A DNA stretch of 58,404 nucleotides from Utricularia gibba (Eukaryota > Plantae > Magnoliophyta): NCBI GenBank assembly GCA_002189035.1, contig NEEC01000060.1:1-58404 (forward strand), written 5' to 3'. The position numbers and the translations under genes are program-made. Positions 1-9,922 of the stretch are shown here, piece after piece. Under the pieces are notes generated by a model that had not been told where the DNA came from, ran no database searches, and saw only the letters and a program-made list of their open reading frames with translations. Positions within the stretch are counted from its first letter, which is position 1. Every line of letters starts with the position of its first letter.

Positions 1-536
1 GCACACTGTTGGGAAGCCCTTTTCGAGCTCCAAGTATTATAATTTGGAGTTACGTTTGTCCGATAACTGTGGACATATTAAAAACAAGCCACAACGAAAA
101 GTGTCTTAGGTGTCCTTTCTTGGTGGCTGCGTCTAAGAATGTGCTTCTCGTTCTCGACATTGATGCAAATGGGATACACGGCAAAAGAATCAAATAGCCA
201 CTAGAGACATGGTGTATGGGAATGGTGCATCAAGAATCAGAAGTATCATAGCAACTAATTGAATCAATCAACAGCCAAAACATATGGTGTCAAACTTCAT
301 CGGATATGCGATCAAGATGGAAAAAAGTCACATGTTACATCATGAATTTCGTGGCATCACTTATCCCAACACTGTTGTATACTCAGGATATGCGTAAATA
401 TTTATTTTTAACAAATCCGGTGCACGTGTGATTTTTTCGGCTGCATCCCGAATGGTGATGCGCAATGAAATGACTACGTCGCACATCCTGGTCCGCGAAA
501 CACTCTTGCATAACATGCAGATCCTTGCTCTTCATA
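1..536. repeat. Representative monomer A (536 bp)
   Basis: Runs from GCACACTGTTGGG at 1 to the next GCACACTGTTGGG at 537. Confidence 0.95.
332..448 (-). pseudogene. Degenerate 5S rRNA-like segment in the first A monomer (C-type alleles)
   Basis: Same sequence as the C-type 5S-like segment apart from one extra T in the T5 run. Confidence 0.7.
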
Positions 537-1059
537 GCACACTGTTGGGAAGCCCTTTTCGAGCTCCAAGTATTATAATTTGGAGTTACGTTTGTCCGAT
601 AACTGTGGACATATTAAAAAAGGGCCACAACGAAAGGTGTCTCACGTGGCATTCCGTGGTGACTGCATTTAATAATGTGCTTCATGTTCTCGAAATTGAT
701 GCGAACAACATACAAGGCAAAAGAATCAAATAGCCACTAGAGACATGGTATACGGGAATGGTGCATCAAGAATCAGAAGTATCATAGCAACTAAATGCAT
801 CAACATATGGTGTCAGAATTCATCTACTATGCGATCAAGTTGGAAAAAAGTCACATGCTACATCATGAATTTCGTGGCATCACTTATCCCAACACTGTTA
901 TACACTCTGGATATGCGTAAATATTTATTTTTAATGAATCCCGTGCACGTGTGATTTTTAGGATGCACCCCGAATGATGATGCGCAATGAAATGACTACG
1001 TCGCACATCCTGGTCCGCGAAGCACCTCTTGCATAACATGCAGATCCTTGCTCTTCATA
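537..1059. repeat. Representative monomer B (523 bp; 13 bp shorter than A)
   Basis: GCAACTAA-ATGCATCAA-CATATGG in B versus GCAACTAA-TTGAATCAATCAACAGCCAAAA-CATATGG in A/C; the next A starts at 1060. Confidence 0.95.
855..970 (-). pseudogene. Degenerate 5S rRNA-like segment, B-type copy (closest to 5S); one such segment per monomer
   Basis: The minus strand reads GGGTGC-ATCCTAAAAATCACACG-TGCACGGGAT-TCATTAAAAAT...TTACGC...AGTGTTGGGATAAGTGA...CCACGAAATTCATGATGTAGCAT. Plant 5S (recalled) reads GGGTGCGATCATACCAGCACTAA-TGCACCGGAT-CCCATCAGAACT...TTAAGC...AGTACTAGGATGGGTGA...CCTGGGAAGTCCTCGTGTTGCAC. About 69 of 119 columns are identical by hand, colinear from 5S nt 1 to nt 116. Confidence 0.72.
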
Positions 1060-4000
1060 GCACACTGTTGGGAAGCCCTTTTCGAGCTCCAAGTATTATA
1101 ATTTGGAGTTACGTTTGTCCGATAACTGTGGACATATTAAAAACAAGCCACAACGAAAAGTGTCTTAGGTGTCCTTTCTTGGTGGCTGCGTCTAAGAATG
1201 TGCTTCTCGTTCTCGACATTGATGCAAATGGGATACACGGCAAAAGAATCAAATAGCCACTAGAGACATGGTGTATGGGAATGGTGCATCAAGAATCAGA
1301 AGTATCATAGCAACTAATTGAATCAATCAACAGCCAAAACATATGGTGTCAAACTTCATCGGATATGCGATCAAGATGGAAAAAAGTCACATGTTACATC
1401 ATGAATTTCGTGGCATCACTTATCCCAACACTGTTATATACACTCTGGATATGCGTAAATATTTATTTTTAATGAATCCGTGCACGTGTGATTTTTAGGA
1501 TGCACCCGAATGATGATGCGCAATGAAATGACTACGTCGCACATCCTGGTCCGCGAAGCACCTCTTGCATAACATGCAGATCCTTGCTCTTCATAGCACA
1601 CTGTTGGGAAGCCCTATTCGAGCTCCAAGTATTATAATTTGGAGTTACGTTTGTCCGATAACTGTGGACATATTAAAAAAGGGCCACAACGAAAGGTGTC
1701 TCACGTGGCATTCCGTGGTGACTGCATTTAATAATGTGCTTCATGTTCTCGAAATTGATGCGAACAACATACAAGGCAAAAGAATCAAATAGCCACTAGA
1801 GACATGGTATACGGGAATGGTGCATCAAGAATCAGAAGTATCATAGCAACTAAATGCATCAACATATGGTGTCAGAATTCATCTACTATGCGATCAAGTT
1901 GGAAAAAAGTCACATGCTACATCATGAATTTCGTGGCATCACTTATCCCAACACTGTTATACACTCTGGATATGCGTAAATATTTATTTTTAATGAATCC
2001 CGTGCACGTGTGATTTTTAGGATGCACCCCGAATGATGATGCGCAATGAAATGACTACGTCGCACATCCTGGTCCGCGAAGCACCTCTTGCATAACATGC
2101 AGATCCTTGCTCTTCATAGCACACTGTTGGGAAGCCCTTTTCGAGCTCCAAGTATTATAATTTGGAGTTACGTTTGTCCGATAACTGTGGACATATTAAA
2201 AACAAGCCACAACGAAAAGTGTCTTAGGTGTCCTTTCTTGGTGGCTGCGTCTAAGAATGTGCTTCTCGTTCTCGACATTGATGCAAATGGGATACACGGC
2301 AAAAGAATCAAATAGCCACTAGAGACATGGTGTATGGGAATGGTGCATCAAGAATCAAAGTATCATAGCAACTAATTGAATCAATCAACAGCCAAAACAT
2401 ATGGTGTCAAACTTCATCGGATATGCGATCAAGATGGAAAAAAGTCACATGTTACATCATGAATTTCGTGGCATCACTTATCCCAACACTGTTATACACT
2501 CTGGATATGCGTAAATATTTATTTTTAATGAATCCGTGCACGTGTGATTTTTAGGATGCATCCCGAATGGTGATGCGCAATGAAATGACTACGTCGCACA
2601 TCCTGGTCCGCGAAGCACCTCTTGCATAACATGCAGATCCTTGCTCTTCATAGCACACTGTTGGGAAGCCCTTTCGAGCTCCAAGTATTATAATTTGGAG
2701 TTACGTTTGTCCGATAACTGTGGACATATTAAAAAAGGGCCACAACGAAAGGTGTCTCACGTGGCATTCCGTGGTGACTGCATTTAATAATGTGCTTCAT
2801 GTTCTCGAAATTGATGCGAACAACATACAAGGCAAAAGAATCAAATAGCCACTAGAGACATGGTATACGGGAATGGTGCATCAAGAATCAGAAGTATCAT
2901 AGCAACTAAATGCATCAACATATGGTGTCAGAATTCATCTACTATGCGATCAAGTTGGAAAAAAGTCACATGCTACATCATGAATTTCGTGGCATCACTT
3001 ATCCCAACACTGTTATACACTCTGGATATGCGTAAATATTTATTTTTAATGAATCCCGTGCACGTGTGATTTTTAGGATGCACCCCGAATGATGATGCGC
3101 AATGAAATGACTACGTCGCACATCCTGGTCCGCGAAGCACCTCTTGCATAACATGCAGATCCTTGCTCTTCATAGCACACTGTTGGGAAGCCCTTTTCGA
3201 GCTCCAAGTATTATAATTTGGAGTTACGTTTGTCCGATAACTGTGGACATATTAAAAACAAGCCACAACGAAAAGTGTCTTAGGTGTCCTTTCTTGGTGG
3301 CTGCGTCTAAGAATGTGCTTCTCGTTCTCGACATTGATGCAAATGGGATACACGGCAAAAGAATCAAATAGCCACTAGAGACATGGTGTATGGGAATGGT
3401 GCATCAAGAATCAGAAGTATCATAGCAACTAATTGAATCAATCAACAGCCAAAACATATGGTGTCAAACTTCATCGGATATGCGATCAAGATGGAAAAAA
3501 GTCACATGTTACATCATGAATTTCGTGGCATCACTTATCCCAACACTGTTGTATACTCAGGATATGCGTAAATATTATTTTTAACAAAATCCGGTGCACG
3601 TGTGATTTTTCGGCTGCATCCCGAATGGTGATGCGCAATGAAATGACTACGTCGCACATCCTGGTCCGCGAAGCACCTCTTGCATAACATGCAGATCCTT
3701 GCTCTTCATAGCACACTGTTGGGAAGCCCTTTCGAGCTCCAAGTATTATAATTTGGAGTTACGTTTGTCCGATAACTGTGGACATATTAAAAAAGGGCCA
3801 CAACGAAAGGTGTCTCACGTGGCATTCCGTGGTGACTGCATTTAATAATGTGCTTCATGTTCTCGAAATTGATGCGAACAACATACAAGGCAAAAGAATC
3901 AAATAGCCACTAGAGACATGGTATACGGGAATGGTGCATCAAGAATCAGAAGTATCATAGCAACTAAATGCATCAACATATGGTGTCAGAATTCATCTAC

Positions 4001-7000
4001 TATGCGATCATCAAGTTGGAAAAAAGTCACATGCTACATCATGAATTTCGTGGCATCACTTATCCCAACACTGTTATACACTCTGGATATGCGTAAATAT
4101 TTATTTTTAATGAATCCCGTGCACGTGTGATTTTTAGGATGCACCCCGAATGATGATGCGCAATGAAATGACTACGTCGCACATCCTGGTCCGCGAAGCA
4201 CCTCTTGCATAACATGCAGATCCTTGCTCTTCATAGCACACTGTTGGGAAGCCCTTTTCGAGCTCCAAGTATTATAATTTGGAGTTACGTTTGTCCGATA
4301 ACTGTGGACATATTAAAAACAAGCCACAACGAAAAGTGTCTTAGGTGTCCTTTCTTGGTGGCTGCGTCTAAGAATGTGCTTCTCGTTCTCGACATTGATG
4401 CAAATGGGATACACGGCAAAAGAATCAAATAGCCACTAGAGACATGGTGTATGGGAATGGTGCATCAAGAATCAGAAGTATCATAGCAACTAATTGAATC
4501 AATCAACAGCCAAAACATATGGTGTCAAACTTCATCGGATATGCGATCAAGATGGAAAAAAGTCACATGTTACATCATGAATTTCGTGGCATCACTTATC
4601 CCAACACTGTTATACACTCTGGATATGCGTAAATATTTATTTTTAAAATCCCGTGCACGTGTGATTTTTAGGATGCACCCGAATGATGATGCGCAATGAA
4701 ATGACTACGTCGCACATCCTGGTCGCGAAACACCTCTTGCATAACATGCAGATCCTTGCTCTTCATAGCACACTGTTGGGAAGCCCTTTTCGAGCTCCAA
4801 GTATTATAATTTGGAGTTACGTTTGTCCGATAACTGTGGACATATTAAAAAAGGGCCACAACGAAAGGTGTCTCACGTGGCATTCCGTGGTGACTGCATT
4901 TAATAATGTGCTTCATGTTCTCGAAATTGATGCGAACAACATACAAGGCAAAAGAATCAAATAGCCACTAGAGACATGGTATACGGGAATGGTGCATCAA
5001 GAATCAGAAGTATCATAGCAACTAAATGCATCAACATATGGTGTCAGAATTCATCTACTATGCGATCAAGTTGGAAAAAAGTCACATGCTACATCATGAA
5101 TTTCGTGGCATCACTTATCCCAACACTGTTATACACTCTGGATATGCGTAAATATTTATTTTTAATGAATCCCGTGCACGTGTGATTTTTAGGATGCACC
5201 CCGAATGATGATGCGCAATGAAATGACTACGTCGCACATCCTGGTCCGCGAAGCACCTCTTGCATAACATGCAGATCCTTGCTCTTCATAGCACACTGTT
5301 GGGAAGCCCTTTTCGAGCTCCAAGTATTATAATTTGGAGTTACGTTTGTCCGATAACTGTGGACATATTAAAAACAAGCCACAACGAAAAGTGTCTTAGG
5401 TGTCCTTTCTTGGTGGCTGCGTCTAAGAATGTGCTTCTCGTTCTCGACATTGATGCAAATGGGATACACGGCAAAAGAATCAAATAGCCACTAGAGACAT
5501 GGTGTATGGGAATGGTGCATCAAGAATCAGAAGTATCATAGCAACTAATTGAATCAATCAACAGCCAAAACATATGGTGTCAAACTTCATCGGATATGCG
5601 ATCAAGATGGAAAAAAGTCACATGTTACATCATGAATTTCGTGGCATCACTTATCCCAACACTGTTATACACTCTGGATATGCGTAAATATTTATTTTTA
5701 ATGAATCCGTGCACGTGTGATTTTTAGGATGCACCCGAATGATGATGCGCAATGAAATGACTACGTCGCACATCCTGGTCCGCGAAGCACCTCTTGCATA
5801 ACATGCAGATCCTTGCTCTTCATAGCACACTGTTGGGAAGCCCTTTTCGAGCTCCAAGTATTATAATTTGGAGTTACGTTTGTCCGATAACTGTGGACAT
5901 ATTAAAAAAGGGCCACAACGAAAGGTGTCTCACGTGGCATTCCGTGGTGACTGCATTTAATAATGTGCTTCATGTTCTCGAAATTGATGCGAACAACATA
6001 CAAGGCAAAAGAATCAAATAGCCACTAGAGACATGGTATACGGGAATGGTGCATCAAGAATCAGAAGTATCATAGCAACTAAATGCATCAACATATGGTG
6101 TCAGAATTCATCTACTATGCGATCAAGTTGGAAAAAAGTCACATGCTACATCATGAATTTCGTGGCATCACTTATCCCAACACTGTTATACACTCTGGAT
6201 ATGCGTAAATATTTATTTTTAATGAATCCCGTGCACGTGTGATTTTTAGGATGCACCCCGAATGATGATGCGCAATGAAATGACTACGTCGCACATCCTG
6301 GTCCGCGAAGCACCTCTTGCATAACATGCAGATCCTTGCTCTTCATAGCACACTGTTGGGAAGCCCTTTTCGAGCTCCAAGTATTATAATTTGGAGTTAC
6401 GTTTGTCCGATAACTGTGGACATATTAAAAACAAGCCACAACGAAAAGTGTCTTAGGTGTCCTTTCTTGGTGGCTGCGTCTAAGAATGTGCTTCTCGTTC
6501 TCGACATTGATGCAAATGGGATACACGGCAAAAGAATCAAATAGCCACTAGAGACATGGTGTATGGGAATGGTGCATCAAGAATCAGAAGTATCATAGCA
6601 ACTAATTGAATCAATCAACAGCCAAAACATATGGTGTCAAACTTCATCGGATATGCGATCAAGATGGAAAAAAGTCACATGTTACATCATGAATTTCGTG
6701 GCATCACTTATCCCAACACTGTTGTACACTCTGGATATGCGTAAATATTTATTTTTAAATCCGTGCACGTGTGATTTTTAGGCTGCACCCGAATGGTGAT
6801 GCGCAATGAAATGACTACGTCGCACATCCTGGTCGCGAAGCACCTCTTGCATAACATGCAGATCCTTGCTCTTCATAGCACACCTGTTGGGAAGCCCTAT
6901 TCGAGCTCCAAGTATTATAATTTGGAGTTACGTTTGTCCGATAACTGTGGACATATTAAAAAAGGGCCACAACGAAAGGTGTCTCACGTGGCATTCCGTG

Positions 7001-9843
7001 GTGACTGCATTTAATAATGTGCTTCATGTTCTCGAAATTGATGCGAACAACATACAAGGCAAAAGAATCAAATAGCCACTAGAGACATGGTATATGGGGA
7101 ATGGTGCATCAAGAATCAGAAGTATCATAGCAACTAAATGCATCAACATATGGTGTCAGAATTCATCTACTATGCGATCAAGTTGGAAAAAAGTCACATG
7201 CTACATCATGAATTTCGTGGCATCACTTATCCCAACACTGTTATACACTCTGGATATGCGTAAATATTTATTTTTAATGAATCCCGTGCACGTGTGATTT
7301 TTAGGATGCACCCCGAATGATGATGCGCAATGAAATGACTACGTCGCACATCCTGGTCCGCGAAGCACCTCTTGCATAACATGCAGATCCTTGCTCTTCA
7401 TAGCACACTTTGGGAAGCCCTTTTCGAGCTCCAAGTATTATAATTTGGAGTTACGTTTGTCCGATAACTGTGGACATATTAAAAACAAGCCACAACGAAA
7501 AGTGTCTTAGGTGTCCTTTCTTGGTGGCTGCGTCTAAGAATGTGCTTCTCGTTCTCGACATTGATGCAAATGGGATACACGGCAAAAGAATCAAATAGCC
7601 ACTAGAGACATGGTGTATGGGAATGGTGCATCAAGAATCAGAAGTATCATAGCAACTAATTGAATCAATCAACAGCCAAAACATATGGTGTCAAACTTCA
7701 TCGGATATGCGATCAAGATGGAAAAAAGTCACATGTTACATCATGAATTTCGTGGCATCACTTATCCCAACACTGTTGTACACTCTGGATATGCGTAAAT
7801 ATTTATTTTAAAAATCCGTGCACGTGTGATTTTTAGGATGCACCCCCGAATGGTGATGCGCAATGAAATGACTACGTCGCACATCCTGGTCGCGAAGCAC
7901 CTCTTGCATAACATGCAGATCCTTGCTCTTCATAGCACACTGTTGGGAAGCCCTTTTCGAGCTCCAAGTATTATAATTTGGAGTTACGTTTGTCCGATAA
8001 CTGTGGACATATTAAAAAAGGGCCACAACGAAAGGTGTCTCACGTGGCATTCCGTGGTGACTGCATTTAATAATGTGCTTCATGTTCTCGAAATTGATGC
8101 GAACAACATACAAGGCAAAAGAATCAAATAGCCACTAGAGACATGGTATACGGGAATGGTGCATCAAGAATCAGAAGTATCATAGCAACTAAATGCATCA
8201 ACATATGGTGTCAGAATTCATCTACTATGCGATCAAGTTGGAAAAAAGTCACATGCTACATCATGAATTTCGTGGCATCACTTATCCCAACACTGTTATA
8301 CACTCTGGATATGCGTAAATATTTATTTTTAATGAATCCGTGCACGTGTGATTTTTAGGATGCACCCCGAATGATGATGCGCAATGAAATGACTACGTCG
8401 CACATCCTGGTCCGCGAAGCACCTCTTGCATAACATGCAGATCCTTGCTCTTCATAGCACACTGTTGGGAAGCCCTTTTCGAGCTCCAAGTATTATAATT
8501 TGGAGTTACGTTTGTCCGATAACTGTGGACATATTAAAAACAAGCCACAACGAAAAGTGTCTTAGGTGTCCTTTCTTGGTGGCTGCGTCTAAGAATGTGC
8601 TTCTCGTTCTCGACATTGATGCAAATGGGATACACGGCAAAAGAATCAAATAGCCACTAGAGACATGGTGTATGGGAATGGTGCATCAAGAATCAGAAGT
8701 ATCATAGCAACTAATTGAATCAATCAACAGCCAAAACATATGGTGTCAAACTTCATCGGATATGCGATCAAGATGGAAAAAAGTCACATGTTACATCATG
8801 AATTTCGTGGCATCACTTATCCCAACACTGTTGTATACTCAGGATATGCGTAAATATTTATTTTTAACAAATCCGGTGCACGTGTGATTTTTCGGCTGCA
8901 TCCCGAATGGTGATGCGCAATGAAATGACTATGTCGCACATCCTGGTCCACGAAGCACCTCTTCGAAACATGTAGAGCCTTACTCTTCATAGCACACCAT
9001 TGGGAAGCTTTATTCGTGCTCCAAGTAATATCATATGGAGTTACGTTTTCCGATAACTGTGGACATATTAAAAACAACCTCAACGAAAAGTGTCTTCCGT
9101 GTCCTTCTTGGTGGCTGCGTCTAAGAATGTGCTTCTCGTTCTCGACATTGATGCAAATGGGATACACGGCAAAAGAATCAAATAGCCACTAGAGACATGG
9201 TGTATGGGAATGGTGCATCAAGAATCAGAAGTATCATAGCAACTAATTGAATCAATCAACAGCCAAAACATATGGTGTCAAACTTCATCGGATATGCGAT
9301 CAAGATGGAAAAAAGTCACATGTTACATCATGAATTTCGTGGCATCACTTATCCCAACACTGTTGTATACTCAGGATATGCGTAAATATTTATTTTTAAC
9401 AAATCCGGTGCACGTGTGATTTTTCGGCTGCATCCCGAATGGTGATGCGCAATGAAATGACTATGTCGCACATCCTGGTCCACGAAGCACCTCTTCGAAA
9501 ACATGTAGAGCCTTACTCTTCATAGCACACCATTGGGAAGCTTTATTCGTGCTCCAAGTAATATCATATGGAGTTACGTTTTTCCGATAACTGTGGACAT
9601 ATTAAAAACAACCTCAACGAAAAGTGTCTTCCGTGTCCTTCCTTGGTGGCTGCGTCTAAGAATGTGCTTCTCGTTCTCGACATTGATGCAAATGGGATAC
9701 ACGGCAAAAGAATCAAATAGCCACTAGAGACATGGTGTATGGGAATGGTGCATCAAGAATCAGAAGTATCATAGCAACTAATTGAATCAATCAACAGCCA
9801 AAACATATGGTGTCAAACTTCATCGGATATGCGATCAAGATGG

Positions 9844-9849
9844 AAAAAA
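9844..9849 (-). terminator. T6 run at the expected Pol III terminator position after the 5S-like segment (present in every monomer, e.g. 321-326, 844-849)
   Basis: Plus-strand GGAAAAAAGTCAC reads GTGAC-TTTTTT-CC on the minus strand. The T run starts at 5S-equivalent nt 122, just after the ~120-nt 5S length. Oligo-T is the established Pol III terminator. Confidence 0.55.
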
Positions 9850-9872
9850 GTCACATGTTACATCATGAATTT

Positions 9873-9890
9873 CGTGGCATCACTTATCCC
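9873..9890 (-). promoter_or_regulatory. Degenerate 5S box C remnant, probably non-functional
   Basis: Minus-strand GGGATAAGTGATGCCACG aligns with 5S AGGATGGGTGACCTCCTG at the matching position; GGATGGG has become GGATAAG. Confidence 0.5.
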
Positions 9891-9910
9891 AACACTGTTG
9901 TATACTCAGG

Positions 9911-9922
9911 ATATGCGTAAAT
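9911..9922 (-). promoter_or_regulatory. Degenerate 5S box A remnant
   Basis: Minus-strand ATTTACGCATAT aligns with 5S AGTTAAGCGTGC at the matching position. Confidence 0.4.

Larger units (their letters stand above)
1..8931. repeat. Dimeric higher-order repeat (A+B), period ~1,057 bp, 9 A and 8 B monomers
   Basis: Monomers alternate between A (CAAGCCACAACGAAAAGTGTCTTAGG...AATTGAATCAATCAACAGCCAAAACATATGG) and B (AAGGGCCACAACGAAAGGTGTCTCACG...AAATGCATCAACATATGG). The A-type ORF repeats at 1029, 2088, 3144, 4205, 5260, 6317, 8426. Confidence 0.97.

Noticed and set aside
301-314. Plus-strand CGGATATGCGATCA resembling the 5S 5' end
   Set aside because: It needs a 2-nt insertion, the downstream sequence does not continue the match, and the B variant lacks it.
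490-549. Cassandra/TRIM tandem array: minus-strand TGCTATGAAGAGC resembles the iMet PBS TGGTATCAGAGC, followed by GAAGAGG/CAAGAGG-TG
   Set aside because: The PBS match needs two mismatches and a gap, the putative PPT is only ~7 nt, and the internal region would be ~40 bp with no LTR terminal inverted repeat. A full-length 5S match plus terminator fits an rDNA unit better. Not fully excluded; a search of TRIM libraries would settle it.
365-549. 11-bp imperfect inverted repeat CCCAACACTGT / ACACTGTTGGG
   Set aside because: It is short, has a mismatch, and is lost in variant C; probably chance.
4004-4012. Extra TCA in one B monomer (GCGATCATCAAG)
   Set aside because: A single 3-bp slippage; uninformative.
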